Below are positions 17,965 through 29,767 of a stretch of 64,000 nt of DNA, piece by piece. The notes under the pieces are model-generated. The model did no database searches. It saw nothing but the letters and a program-made list of their open reading frames with translations, and was not told the DNA's origin. Position numbers and translations under genes: made by a program. Every line of letters starts with the position of its first letter. Position 1 is the first letter of the stretch. Location of the stretch: assembly GCA_965203835.1 (NCBI GenBank), contig OZ241919.1, positions 59,471 through 123,470 on the forward strand, written 5' to 3'. This DNA comes from Dehalococcoidia bacterium (lineage in GTDB: Bacteria > Chloroflexota > Dehalococcoidia > Lucifugimonadales > UBA3495).

Positions 17965-19812
17965 TCAGATACCGCCGCTCCGGTTTAACACGGGTTTCAG
18001 AGCCTCGACCAACGGGGGAAGGTACTTTTCCCAGTCTCCCACAATCCCGAAATCGGCAGCGCGGAAAATCGTGTGCCTCCGGTTCCGGTTTACCGCCAGG
18101 ATCACCCCGGCCTTCTGTATGCCGACGGTATGGTTGAACACACCGCGGATGCCGACGGCGATGTAGACCCTTGGAGTGATGGTGCGACCGCTGATGCCCA
18201 CTTGAATCTGGTGCGGCAACCACCCGGCATGAGTCACGTTGCGGGTAATCGCCAGAGACGCGCCGATTGAACTGGCCAACTCCTGTATTTCAGGCAGGTT
18301 TTCCGGACCGCCTATGCCCATGCCCACTCCCAGAACCACCTGCGCCTGCACCAACTCTACCGCCCCCAAGTCGTCTTGCAGGGTTTCCTCGACAATGGTG
18401 ACGTCCCGGCCTTCGAATGGCTCAACGTCAATTCTTTCAACCCGGGCCGTGGCGTCCGGGTTTGGTGTCACGGGAGTAAGCAGTCCCGGACGGAGAGTGA
18501 CCATGTTGGGAAGAACTTTCGACAGGATGGGCGCGACCACGTTGCCGCCCAAGGCCGGCTTCAGTTGCACCAGTCGTCCTTCCTCGTCTATCTCCAGATC
18601 CACGGCATCGCCGGTCAGTCCCAGCCCCAACTTTGCGGCGACACGAGCGGCAAGGTCACGGCTGTCCGGCGTAGATGCAAAAAGCACGGCGTATGGACGG
18701 GCCACGTCCATTGCATTGGCCAACGCTTGGGTAACAGCGCGGCCCCAGATGGGACCCAGTCCCGTATTGTCGAGGACCAGCACTCTGTCCGCTCCGTAAG
18801 CCGCCAGTTGGTCCAGTTGGTCTTCACGGGCCGGGCCAATCAGCACCGCAGCCACTTCGCTTTTTGTAAAGGACGTCAACTCCCTTGCCCTGCCCAGCAT
18901 CTCCAGCGTCACCCGCCGCAACTCGCCCTGGGCCGTTTCGGCCACGACCCAAATGCTTTTCTCTAGACCTTGAGGGTAGTGCTCTGGAGCCGGGGCGTCC
19001 GATGGGTTGGCGGCTTGGGAGTCCACCTCGGCCAGCCGGTCGGCGAGCAACGCAGCTACTTGGCGGGCAGCCTCCTCGGCGTCCTCCTCCTCGATGACTA
19101 CGCCTAAGCGGTTGGGCTCCACCAGCCGGATGTCCTGCACCCAAGTGGGAGAACCCTCTATGCCGAATAACGACGTATCCGAAGAGAGTTGAGCGCAAGT
19201 GACCTCTTCCACCGGCTTGCTTTCGGCTTCGGCCATCTGGTCACGGTTGGGGAACAACTCCGGTCCCACTCCCTCGGTAACGCAGGCCAGCGCCGGAAGG
19301 GAGCACTCTATGACTTGGTGCCCTTCGTCACTGAGACGCTCTACCCTGACGCTGCCCGATTGGTCGGCGTAGTCCAGCTTGCTGACCTGTCCGATGTGCG
19401 GAATGTCCAGTAGTTCGGCGATTTCAGGGCCGACCTGGCCCGTCTCCGAATCTGAACTGTTCCGTCCGCACAAAATCAGGTCGGGATTTTCCTTCTGCAA
19501 GGCCATCGACAGGGCCCGTGCGGTCGCCAAGGTGTCCGATCCGGCCAACACCCTGTCGGTAACCAATATTCCCCGGTCGGCCCCCAATGCCAAGCAATGG
19601 ACCAGACCCTCGCGGGCTTGAGGCGGCCCCATGCACACCGCCACGACTTCGTCGCCAGGCTGGGTTTTGAGTTCGACTGCCCGCGCCAAGCCCAGCAAGT
19701 CGAAGGAGTTTATTTCCGACGGCACGCCTTCGCGCTTGATGGTCTTGTTCTCGTAGTCGAATTGGATCTGGGAAACCACCGGGACATATTTGACGCAAAC
19801 GGCAATTTTCAT
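17965..19812 (-). CDS. fused electron-transfer flavoprotein, EtfB domain followed by EtfA domain
   Basis: MKIAVCVKYVPVVSQIQFD... (EtfB-like), then a linker (...SQAANPSDAPAPEHYP), then SIWVVAETAQGELRRVTLEMLGRAREL...PRVYIAVGIRGVFNHTVGI (EtfA-like FAD region). Start set at ATG 19812. Confidence 0.8.
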   Translation of the reverse strand: MKIAVCVKYVPVVSQIQFDYENKTIKREGVPSEINSFDLLGLARAVELKTQPGDEVVAVCMGPPQAREGLVHCLALGADRGILVTDRVLAGSDTLATARALSMALQKENPDLILCGRNSSDSETGQVGPEIAELLDIPHIGQVSKLDYADQSGSVRVERLSDEGHQVIECSLPALACVTEGVGPELFPNRDQMAEAESKPVEEVTCAQLSSDTSLFGIEGSPTWVQDIRLVEPNRLGVVIEEEDAEEAARQVAALLADRLAEVDSQAANPSDAPAPEHYPQGLEKSIWVVAETAQGELRRVTLEMLGRARELTSFTKSEVAAVLIGPAREDQLDQLAAYGADRVLVLDNTGLGPIWGRAVTQALANAMDVARPYAVLFASTPDSRDLAARVAAKLGLGLTGDAVDLEIDEEGRLVQLKPALGGNVVAPILSKVLPNMVTLRPGLLTPVTPNPDATARVERIDVEPFEGRDVTIVEETLQDDLGAVELVQAQVVLGVGMGIGGPENLPEIQELASSIGASLAITRNVTHAGWLPHQIQVGISGRTITPRVYIAVGIRGVFNHTVGIQKAGVILAVNRNRRHTIFRAADFGIVGDWEKYLPPLVEALKPVLNRSGGI

Positions 19813-19877
19813 TGGATGTCCTTTACATAACCAATAGTAGGAAACCGGAGGCGCGTGCGCCACTTCCGGACGGTGAC

Positions 19878-21254
19878 TTACAGTTCGGAGTCTATGAGTT
19901 GTTCCCTCAATTCCGCCGTCAACCGTTGTAGCTTCGGACTGAATTGCACCGGGAATCTGGGCGGGCCGACCAATGCCTTGAACCTGGAATCGAGGGAGTG
20001 CCAGTCTTCTTTGAAACGCCCCCGGATTTCTTCAAGGGTGGGAGATGGAGCGGTGGCGCGTCCCTCCACCATTACGGTGCTCAACAGTCCCTCGGCCCCG
20101 GCAACATCCTCATCGGCCAGTGCCACCACGTCCCGGGACCAGCCGCCGTCACCGTCGCGCATACGGAAGACCTGCTTGGCGCCTGGCGGAGATTCCTTGT
20201 CGGTGCTCAGCTTCATCACCGGCCTCTCGTTGTAACAGACCAGCTTGTAAGCCATGTCACTCCACGGCGCATCTGCGGAAACGCCGGCCTTGGTGCCAAC
20301 GCCGAAAAGGTCTATCGGCGCGCCCGCCTCGACCAACCGCTCCAACTCGTACTCGTCCAACCCGCCCGACGCAACAATTCTAACGTAGTCCAGACCAGCG
20401 TCATCCAGGATGCGGCGCACTTGGCGGCTCAGGGAATCGTAGTCTCCCGAATCCAGCCGGACTGCCACCAGCCGGTTGCCACTCTTCTCTAACGACTTGG
20501 CTGTTTCGACAGCTTTTCGCGCCCCTCCAATGGTGTCGTAAGTATCCAGCAGAAGGATCGCCCGGTCTGGAAAGGCCTCCGAATAGGCATTAAAGGCATC
20601 GGACTCCGACTCGAAGCTGGAAATGAAAGAGTGGGCCATCGTTCCGGCTGGGGGAATCCCATAGATCTTGGCAGCCAGCACGTTGCTGGTGGACTGGAAA
20701 CCCCCGATGTAGCTGCACCGGGCCATTTTCAACGCGGCGTCGGTCCCGTGGGTGCGACGGGAGGCAAAGTCGCTCACCGTCCGTCCCCGGCAGGCCCAGA
20801 CACAACGGGCCGCCTTGGTGGCCAGAAGCGTTTGGAGGTTGACCTGATTGATTATGAAGGTTTCAATCATCTGGGCTTCTATGATCGGGCCGGTTACTTC
20901 CAGGACAGGTTCGTTGGCAAAGAACAGACGCCCTTCGGGGATGGCGCGCACGCTGCCCGTGAAGCGGAGCGACGCAAGGTAGTCAAGAAAGTCGTCCTTG
21001 AATATACCGGTGGACTTGAGGTAATCGATACTGGAAGGGCCGAATTTCATGGCTTCCAAGAAGTCCAGCACATCCTCCAGCCCAGCGGCCACTAAGTATC
21101 CCCGGTTGGGCGGATATTCGCGGATAAAAAGACTGAAGGTGGCTGGCGCGAACATCTCCTGGCGGAAGTAGGCTTGCGCCATGGTCAGTTCATAGAGGTC
21201 CGCGAACAGGCCCGTCTCTTCCGGGGGAAGGGGTATGCGGGAGCTTCCTGTCAC
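19878..21254 (-). CDS. pncB: nicotinate phosphoribosyltransferase
   Basis: 458 aa. LFADLYELTMAQAYF..., GTMAHSFI and RLDSGD are NAPRTase motifs. Confidence 0.85.
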   Translation of the reverse strand: MTGSSRIPLPPEETGLFADLYELTMAQAYFRQEMFAPATFSLFIREYPPNRGYLVAAGLEDVLDFLEAMKFGPSSIDYLKSTGIFKDDFLDYLASLRFTGSVRAIPEGRLFFANEPVLEVTGPIIEAQMIETFIINQVNLQTLLATKAARCVWACRGRTVSDFASRRTHGTDAALKMARCSYIGGFQSTSNVLAAKIYGIPPAGTMAHSFISSFESESDAFNAYSEAFPDRAILLLDTYDTIGGARKAVETAKSLEKSGNRLVAVRLDSGDYDSLSRQVRRILDDAGLDYVRIVASGGLDEYELERLVEAGAPIDLFGVGTKAGVSADAPWSDMAYKLVCYNERPVMKLSTDKESPPGAKQVFRMRDGDGGWSRDVVALADEDVAGAEGLLSTVMVEGRATAPSPTLEEIRGRFKEDWHSLDSRFKALVGPPRFPVQFSPKLQRLTAELREQLIDSEL

Positions 21255-21367
21255 AACTCACCCGGCTCCTCGGTTGGTGCGCGCGTTAAGCGGTATGAGC
21301 AACGGCGTCGCGGGTTGGGGGATAATTATGTTGGCGGCCCTACGGCATGTCAACCAACTCCCTATCC

Positions 21368-21396
21368 TTGACACACGGCTGGCTGCTGGTTACCAT
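21368..21396 (+). promoter_or_regulatory. putative sigma70-type promoter of the SAM-riboswitch operon
   Basis: TTGACA (21368-21373), 17-nt spacer, TACCAT (21391-21396), about 35 nt upstream of the riboswitch P1 helix. Confidence 0.45.
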
Positions 21397-21429
21397 ACCC
21401 GTGATTAACAATCAGGGCACAAATTGGAA

Positions 21430-21567
21430 CCCTTTATCCAGAACGGCTGAGGGGACGGCCCGATGAAGCCGGGCAACCGGTCTAGCGCCCTACGATAGTG
21501 AGCGCGAGATACGGTGCTAATTCCGGCGTCTGTGGCGGGGATGTGGCGACAGGCGAAAGATGAGGGG
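21430..21567 (+). promoter_or_regulatory. SAM-I (S-box) riboswitch aptamer
   Basis: CCCTTTATCCAGAACGGCTGAGGGGACGGCCCGATGAAGCCGGGCAACCGG...ACGGTGCTAATTCCGGC...GAAAGATGAGGGG matches the S-box core. A 9-bp P1 forms between 21430-21438 and 21559-21567. Confidence 0.85.
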
Positions 21568-21582
21568 CTTGGTCTTTTATTG

Positions 21583-21610
21583 AGCTTCTCTTTTCAGAGA
21601 AGCTTTTTTA
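21583..21610 (+). terminator. riboswitch expression-platform intrinsic terminator
   Basis: 9-bp stem AGCTTCTCT / AGAGAAGCT, loop TTTC, followed by TTTTTTA. Confidence 0.75.
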
Positions 21611-21706
21611 TGGAGTCCGCATTTCCGCCCAGCCAACTCTCCTTGAAGACAGCTTTCCGGTGACGTTTGCGCCTTGTAAATCACCCTTGGCTGGGGGCAA
21701 CCTCCG

Positions 21707-22759
21707 TTGAACGAGATAAGGCCAATCCAGTGGACCGACGGCAAATTATGGTTGCTGGACCAGACACGTTTGCCGTTGGAAGAAGTCAATATGGAGGTCT
21801 CCCGGTACGACCAAGCGATAGATGCAATCCGAGAGATGCGGGTCAGAGGAGCGCCGGCAATAGGAGTGACCGCGGGCTACGCCATGGCGATGGCGGCACG
21901 GGAAATCGCCGCGGCCTACCAGACTGACTACCTGGCGCGGTTGGAAGATGCCGCCGCTCGCATCGGTGCGGCCCGTCCCACCGCCGTCAACCTCCAGTGG
22001 GCTGTGCAGCGAATGCTCCGGTTGGCCCATGACGAGCAGAACGTCAAAGACATTCCCGACAGGCTGCTGGCGGAAGCCCGCAAGATTCACACGGAAGATG
22101 AAGACATAAACCGGCGGATGGGGGACTTTGGCAAGGAACTGATGCCCGACGGGGGCGCGGTTTTGACCCATTGCAACACCGGTGCTCTAGCTACGTCCGG
22201 TTTCGGCACGGCCTTAGGCGTCATTCGCGCCGGATGGGAAGACGGCAAGCGGTTTCAAGTGTTCAATACCGAGACCAGGCCTTTCCTGCAAGGGTCGCGA
22301 TTGACGGCATGGGAGTTCCAGCAGCTTGGCATTCCCGCCACGCTGATCGTGGACTCGGCGGCGGGAATGATGATGAACGCCGGCCATATCAGTTGCGTGA
22401 TCACGGGGGCGGACCGTATCGCCGCCAACGGCGACACCGCCAACAAGATTGGCACTTACACCCTGGCGGTGCTGGCCCATGAAAACAACATCCCGTTCTT
22501 TGTGGCAGCACCTACCAGCACCATAGACCTTGGTCTGGCGACGGGAACCGACATTCAGATTGAAGAACGTCCGGCGGAAGAGGTCACTTACCTTCAAGCA
22601 CAGCCTACGGCGCCGCTCGGCACACCTGCCATGAATCCGGCCTTCGACGTTACACCCAACCGTTACATCAGCGCCATCGTTTCCGAGGCCGGTATCTCCC
22701 GGGCGCCATACCAGGAAAGTCTGACGCTTGCGGTGAAGTCCGCCGGGACCAACGGTTAA
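21707..22759 (+). CDS. mtnA: S-methyl-5-thioribose-1-phosphate isomerase
   Basis: 350 aa, TTG start. IQWTDGKLWLLDQTRLP...MRVRGAPAIGVTAGYAM...GADRIAANGDTANKIGTY. Confidence 0.85.
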   Translation: MNEIRPIQWTDGKLWLLDQTRLPLEEVNMEVSRYDQAIDAIREMRVRGAPAIGVTAGYAMAMAAREIAAAYQTDYLARLEDAAARIGAARPTAVNLQWAVQRMLRLAHDEQNVKDIPDRLLAEARKIHTEDEDINRRMGDFGKELMPDGGAVLTHCNTGALATSGFGTALGVIRAGWEDGKRFQVFNTETRPFLQGSRLTAWEFQQLGIPATLIVDSAAGMMMNAGHISCVITGADRIAANGDTANKIGTYTLAVLAHENNIPFFVAAPTSTIDLGLATGTDIQIEERPAEEVTYLQAQPTAPLGTPAMNPAFDVTPNRYISAIVSEAGISRAPYQESLTLAVKSAGTNG

Positions 22760-22769
22760 CTGGAGTATC

Positions 22770-23639
22770 ATGGCCACCCAGACAGCGAAGATAGGGATCA
22801 TAGGGGGCAGCGGCCTGTACGAGATGGACGGGCTGACAGGTGTGGAGTTCGTGGACATCGAGACCCCCTTCGGAAGCCCCAGCGACTCTATCGCCATCGG
22901 GGACTTATCCGGCATCCCAGTCGCTTTCCTGCCCCGGCATGGCCGCGGGCACCGCATCAGTCCCACAAATCTGCCCAGCCATGCCAACATCTATGCCCTC
23001 AAGACGCTGGGCGTGGAACGCATCGTTTCGATCAGCGCCGTAGGCAGTCTGAAAGAAGAACTGGAACCGCTCCATCTGGTGGTGCCCGACCAATTGATCG
23101 ACCGTACCCGCAACAGGGTAAACACCTTCTTCGACGAAGGCATGGCCGGCCACATCACCTTCGCCGACCCGTTCTGCGCCCCATCGAGCAAGATAGTGTA
23201 CGAAGGCGCCGTGGAAATTGGGATTGATGTGCATCAAGGTGGGACGCTGGTGGTAATGGAAGGCCCCGCCTTCTCCACCAGGGCCGAGTCCTTCATGTAC
23301 CGGTCATGGGGCGGGGACCTGATTGGCATGACCGCGTTGCCTGAGGCAAAGCTGGCGAGAGAGGCTGAAATCTGCTACGCCACTATGGCCTGGGTCACCG
23401 ACTACGACTGCTGGCACGAAGAAGAGGAAGACGTTACCGTGGAGATGATCATCGGCAACCTGCTGAAAAACGTGGCCGCTTCCAAGGAGTTGCTGCGCCG
23501 GATCATCCCTCGCTTGGACGTAGAGCGGGACTGCCCTTGTGGTTCGGCGTTGGCCGATGCGCTCGTAACCGCGCCGGACTTGGTCCCTGAAGAAATAAAA
23601 CGTAAGTTGGAACCGATAACGGGCCGGTATTGGTCCTGA
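22770..23639 (+). CDS. mtnP: S-methyl-5'-thioadenosine phosphorylase
   Basis: 289 aa. IGIIGGSGLY...FLPRHGRGHRISPTNLPSHANIYALK...GMTALPEAKLAREAE. Confidence 0.85.
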   Translation: MATQTAKIGIIGGSGLYEMDGLTGVEFVDIETPFGSPSDSIAIGDLSGIPVAFLPRHGRGHRISPTNLPSHANIYALKTLGVERIVSISAVGSLKEELEPLHLVVPDQLIDRTRNRVNTFFDEGMAGHITFADPFCAPSSKIVYEGAVEIGIDVHQGGTLVVMEGPAFSTRAESFMYRSWGGDLIGMTALPEAKLAREAEICYATMAWVTDYDCWHEEEEDVTVEMIIGNLLKNVAASKELLRRIIPRLDVERDCPCGSALADALVTAPDLVPEEIKRKLEPITGRYWS

Positions 23640-23659
23640 AGAATCGAGGAGGTCCCACG

Positions 23660-25343
<1,684 letters not shown>

Positions 25344-25388
25344 ACCGGTTATCCAAGAATCAATGAAACGAACCATGGAGTGACCCTT

Positions 25389-26621
25389 ATGCCTCTACTG
25401 TTTCACGAGTCGCCCAAGTACCTGTTGACCTCCGAATCTGTCACCGAAGGCCATCCCGACAAGCTGTGCGACCAGATCTCCGACGCGGTGCTGGACGCCG
25501 CCTTGGCCGGGGACAACATGAGCCGGGTAGCCTGCGAGACCGTGGCCACCAAGAACCTGGTTATGGTCACCGGCGAGATAACATCGAATTCAAATTTGAA
25601 CTTCAACGACATCGCCCGCCAGGTCATGCTCGACATCGGCTACACCGACGTCAAGTACGGCTTGGACGGCCACTCATGCGGAGTTGTCGCCCACGTCAGC
25701 CAGCAATCGGCCGACATCAGCCAGGGTGTTACCACCGCTTTGGAGCACCGCACCGAAGGCGAAGCCGCCGACGCCAGGAGGGCCACCGGAGCCGGTGACC
25801 AAGGGATGATGGTGGGTTTCGCCTGCAACGAGACCGAAAGCCTGATGCCGTTGACGGTTGACCTGTCCCATCGGTTGGTGGAACGGTTGGCCGCGGTGCG
25901 CAAGGACGGCACCCTCCCTTACCTGGGGCCCGACGGCAAGTCCCAAGTCACCGTGGAATACCGCTACGGCAAGCCCCACCGAGTGGATGCCGTGGTCATA
26001 AGCACCCAGCATGAAGACCAGGAAGACCGGGACGCCTTCAGGGAAATCATCTACAGCGACATCATCGAGCACGTCATAAAGCCCGTTGTCCCCGCGAACC
26101 TCCTGGACGACGACACCAAGTACTACGTCAACCCCAGCGGATGGTTCGTCATTGGCGGGCCGCAGGGAGACACCGGCTTGACCGGGCGCAAGATCCTGGT
26201 GGACACCTACGGAGGGATCGCCAGGCATGGTGGCGGCGCGTTCTCCGGCAAAGACCCTACCAAGGTCGACCGGTCCGGCGCCTATGCCGCCCGGTATGTC
26301 GCCAAGAATCTGGTGGCTGCCGGACTGGCGGACCGGGTCGAGGTTATCGTCTCCTACGCCATCGGCGTCGCCAGGCCGATCTCCGTCTCCGTGGAGACTT
26401 TCGACACCAGCCACTTCCCCAACGACAAAATCGAGCAACTGGTCCAGGACAACTTCGACCTGCGACCGGGGGCGATAATCGAGGACCTTGACCTGCGCAG
26501 GCCCATTTACGGCAAGACGGCCGCCTACGGTCATTTTGGCCGTGCGGATGTGGACCTGCCTTGGGAACGTACCGACAAAGCGGATGCACTGAGGGCTGCG
26601 GCGGGGCTGGCGACCAAGTAA
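25389..26621 (+). CDS. metK: S-adenosylmethionine synthase
   Basis: [26 protein letters not shown]...[12 protein letters not shown]...[22 protein letters not shown] 25389 lies 8 nt after GGAG. Confidence 0.9.
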   Translation: MPLLFHESPKYLLTSESVTEGHPDKLCDQISDAVLDAALAGDNMSRVACETVATKNLVMVTGEITSNSNLNFNDIARQVMLDIGYTDVKYGLDGHSCGVVAHVSQQSADISQGVTTALEHRTEGEAADARRATGAGDQGMMVGFACNETESLMPLTVDLSHRLVERLAAVRKDGTLPYLGPDGKSQVTVEYRYGKPHRVDAVVISTQHEDQEDRDAFREIIYSDIIEHVIKPVVPANLLDDDTKYYVNPSGWFVIGGPQGDTGLTGRKILVDTYGGIARHGGGAFSGKDPTKVDRSGAYAARYVAKNLVAAGLADRVEVIVSYAIGVARPISVSVETFDTSHFPNDKIEQLVQDNFDLRPGAIIEDLDLRRPIYGKTAAYGHFGRADVDLPWERTDKADALRAAAGLATK

Positions 26622-26662
26622 ACCGGCAGCCTTGGACACCGGAAGTTGCGGCGAGGAGGGTT

Positions 26663-27403
26663 ATGGAAAAGCAGGAAAGAGACAATATCATGACCCGCTT
26701 GACACCGGAAGAGCGGAATACCATGCGTCAATTGATCGTTGACGCCAAGGAAGAATGGAAGTCCCGCGGTCTGGAAGTCTTCACCGCCCAGAAGGGTCTT
26801 GGACCCCGCAAAGAGGGCCTGTCTCCGCAACTCCAAGCCGCAATAGACGCGGTCATCGCCAGGGACGAAATGGGGCCGGCGGTGGGGCAGGAGCCGCCGG
26901 ACTTTAACCTCAAATTATTGGGGTCTGACGAACGTGTCCGGCTGTCCGATTATCGTGGCAAAAGGCCGGTCGCCCTCGTTTTCGGTAGCTACACTTGACC
27001 GCCCTTCCGCTCCCAGGTTGGGCGCATAGAAGAGGTTTACTATCGGTTCGGGAGCCAGGTCGAGTTCTTCGTGGTGTACGTTCAGGAAGCACACCCGTCC
27101 GACGGTTGGCAAATGCCGATAAATGTCGAGGAAAATGTAATCTACCGCCAGCACCAGAGCTATGACGAACGGGAGGAAACGGCGGCGGCTTGCAGTTTGG
27201 GCCTCGATATAAAACTCCCGGTCCTTATCGAAGAAATGGACAACGCGGTTGACTACGGCTACGGCGCTGCCCCGGAACGGCTCTATCTCGTGGACTCCAC
27301 CGGCCTCGTCGCGTATCACGGTGGAGCGGGGCCTCACTTCTTCAACGTGGATGAGTGGGAACAGGCCATTCAGGCCTGCCTTGCCACGGTCACTTCGCCC
27401 TAG
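26663..27403 (+). CDS. deiodinase-like thioredoxin-fold protein with in-frame TGA (26996-26998), probable selenocysteine
   Basis: Track ORFs 26561..26998 and 27071..27403 share one frame and are separated only by this TGA. Read-through gives ...RPVALVFGSYT-U-PPFRSQVGRIEEVYYRFGSQVEFFVVYVQEAHPSDGW, the iodothyronine-deiodinase family active-site pattern. ATG 26663 follows GAGGAGG. Confidence 0.7.
27009..27025 (+). promoter_or_regulatory. candidate bacterial SECIS-like hairpin
   Basis: Starts 11 nt after the TGA. Pairs are G27009-C27025, C10-G24, (U11/C23 mismatch), C12-G22, C13-G21 and C14-G20, with apical loop AGGUU. Short and unvalidated. Confidence 0.3.
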
Positions 27404-27466
27404 CCTGCTCTTTTCTGTGTTCGTCATTCCAGTCCTGGAAAGGACACCGGCGGCTTGGGAGGGTAG

Positions 27467-28882
27467 ATGACGACAGACATCCGGTTTGGCACCGACGGAT
27501 GGCGCGGGGTTATAGCTGACGATTTCACCTTCGACAATGTCGGCCGTTGCGCCCAAGGTCTGTCCGACTACCTAACGGGCCAGGGCATTGCCCATAAGGG
27601 CTTGGTCGTTGGCTACGATACTCGCTTCCTGTCCCGCGAATTTGCTGAGAAGGTGGCATCCGTGGCCGCCGCCAACGGCGTCAAGGTCTACTTGGCCCAA
27701 GAGCCGGCTCCCACGCCCGTGGTCAGCTATAACGTTTTGCATCTCCAGGCTGCCGGAGCCGCCGTCATCACCGCCTCTCACAACCCCGCCATTTGGAACG
27801 GGTTCAAGTTCAAGCCGGAGTACGCCGGCAGCGCGACGCAGGAGATTACCGACCAACTGGAACTGGCTATAGCCCAAGCTGAAGAGGTGAAGTCAGCCCC
27901 CTTAGCCCGCGCCAAGGACCAAGGGACCGTCGTAGACTTCGCGCCTGCTCCGCCCTACTTGGAAAGGGTTGGAGAATTAGTAGACCTGGGAGCCATCAGA
28001 AATGCCGGTCTGCGGGTGGCTGTGGACGCCATGTTCGGCGCCGGTGGCGGCTACCTCCCGAAACTCATTTCCGGCGGCAAGACATCGGTCCGTGAAATCA
28101 ACGGGCGCCGGAACCCGGCGTTTCCCGGCATGGCACAGCCGGAGCCCATCGCCGGCAACCTTTCAACTCTTATTGACACCAGTAAACGAGGGGAATGCGA
28201 CGTCGGGCTCGCCTTGGACGGGGACGCCGACCGGGTTGGAGTAGTGGACGAGCATGGCCGGTTCATTACTACGCTGGAAGTATTCTCCATACTGGCCCAG
28301 TACCTGTTGGAGCAGAAAGGCGAACGTGGGGCGCTGGTCAAGGGCGTCACGTCGTCGGTAATGCTCAACAAGCTGGCCGAACGATTTGGCGTGGCCGTAC
28401 ACGAGATGCGGGTGGGGTTCAAGTACATCGGCCCCAGGATGTCCGAAGTGAACGCACTGATGGGCGGGGAGGAAAGCGGAGGATTCGCCTTCCGGGGCCA
28501 CATACCGGAACGCGACGGAGTGCTAAGCGCTCTCTATGTGCTGGAATACATGGCCAAGACCGGCTTCACTCCCTCTCAACTGGTCCAGCGATTGTTCGAC
28601 CAGGTCGGCCCTCATTACTACCACCGGCGCGACGTGCACTTTGACTCCGGCGACCGCGAACGGATCGAGAAGCTATTGCACAACCCCGAATTTACCGCGC
28701 TGGCCGGAATGACGGTCCGTGGTTCCGACGAGATAGACGGACGCCGGTTCATTTTTGACGACGGGTGGCTGATCTGCCGGTTCTCCGGGACAGAACCTTT
28801 GTTGAGGATATACGCGGAGGCCGGCCAGTCCCAGATGGTGGACGCGCTGTTGGACGCGGCGACCGAATATCTGGGCGTTTAG
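27467..28882 (+). CDS. phosphoglucomutase/phosphomannomutase family protein
   Basis: 471 aa. FGTDGWRGVIADDFT..., ITASHNP (active-site Ser loop), DGDADR metal loop. Confidence 0.85.
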   Translation: MTTDIRFGTDGWRGVIADDFTFDNVGRCAQGLSDYLTGQGIAHKGLVVGYDTRFLSREFAEKVASVAAANGVKVYLAQEPAPTPVVSYNVLHLQAAGAAVITASHNPAIWNGFKFKPEYAGSATQEITDQLELAIAQAEEVKSAPLARAKDQGTVVDFAPAPPYLERVGELVDLGAIRNAGLRVAVDAMFGAGGGYLPKLISGGKTSVREINGRRNPAFPGMAQPEPIAGNLSTLIDTSKRGECDVGLALDGDADRVGVVDEHGRFITTLEVFSILAQYLLEQKGERGALVKGVTSSVMLNKLAERFGVAVHEMRVGFKYIGPRMSEVNALMGGEESGGFAFRGHIPERDGVLSALYVLEYMAKTGFTPSQLVQRLFDQVGPHYYHRRDVHFDSGDRERIEKLLHNPEFTALAGMTVRGSDEIDGRRFIFDDGWLICRFSGTEPLLRIYAEAGQSQMVDALLDAATEYLGV

Positions 28883-28900
28883 CGGAAGTCGTCCGTCAGC

Positions 28901-29311
28901 CTACCGCTTGGTGTATTGAGGCGCCCGGCGGGCCCGCTTCAACCCGTACTTCTTGCTTTCCTTGATGCGGGCGTCACGGGTGATAAATCCGTGGCGGCGC
29001 AGGCCGGGTTTCAGGGACGCATCGTAAGCCACCAACGCTCTCGCTATCCCGTGGCGAATGGCCTCGGCCTGGGAATGGACGCCTCCACCCAACACTTTGA
29101 CAACTACCCGGAAGCGATTGACAGTGTTGCTGGTGCGGAAGGGTTCGGTGATGGTGTCCTGCCAAGGCCTCCAGTTGAAATACTCGTCAATAGTCTTACC
29201 GTTGACAATGAAGGGCGCGTCGTCGTCCAAGTAAAGCTTTACTTTGGCGATCGACGTCTTGCGTTTCCCGGTGCCGTAGTAGTATTCCTGGCTTATAGCG
29301 GCTTGAACCAA
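28901..29311 (-). CDS. rpsI: 30S ribosomal protein S9
   Basis: YYGTGKRKTSIAKV...GGGVHSQAEAIRHGIARAL...RARRAPQYTKR. Confidence 0.95.
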   Translation of the reverse strand: MVQAAISQEYYYGTGKRKTSIAKVKLYLDDDAPFIVNGKTIDEYFNWRPWQDTITEPFRTSNTVNRFRVVVKVLGGGVHSQAEAIRHGIARALVAYDASLKPGLRRHGFITRDARIKESKKYGLKRARRAPQYTKR

Positions 29312-29320
29312 CGTTATTAC

Positions 29321-29767
29321 CTACTCCTCGGTCCGGCTGGTTGACACCGCAACCTGGGCTTGGTGCTTATGCTCGCCTCCGGCGTAGACCTTCAGCCTGC
29401 GCAGCATCTCGCGCCCATTATGGTTGCGCGGCAACATCCCTTTGACCGCCAGTTGGATCACCCTGTCAGGGTGGGACTTCATCATGTCCATCAGCCTGAA
29501 GCTGCGCAGGTTGCCCACGTATCCGCTGTGGCGGTAGTACATTTTCTGGGTCATTTTCCGTCCGGTGACACGCACTTTGGCGGCGTTCAACACCACCACG
29601 TAGTCTCCGGTCAGGACGTGGGGAGTATAGCCGGGCTTGTCCTTGCCCTGCAACGCCACCGCTATGTCCCGTGCGATTCGTCCTAAGGTCTGTCCTGTAG
29701 CGTCGATGACACGCCAGTTGGCTGGAACATCGCCGGCCTTGGGGAAATATGTGCTGGTCCGTTTCAT
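29321..29767 (-). CDS. rplM: 50S ribosomal protein L13
   Basis: WRVIDATGQTLGRIARDIAVALQGKDKPGYTPH...YYRHSGYVG. Confidence 0.95.
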   Translation of the reverse strand: MKRTSTYFPKAGDVPANWRVIDATGQTLGRIARDIAVALQGKDKPGYTPHVLTGDYVVVLNAAKVRVTGRKMTQKMYYRHSGYVGNLRSFRLMDMMKSHPDRVIQLAVKGMLPRNHNGREMLRRLKVYAGGEHKHQAQVAVSTSRTEE

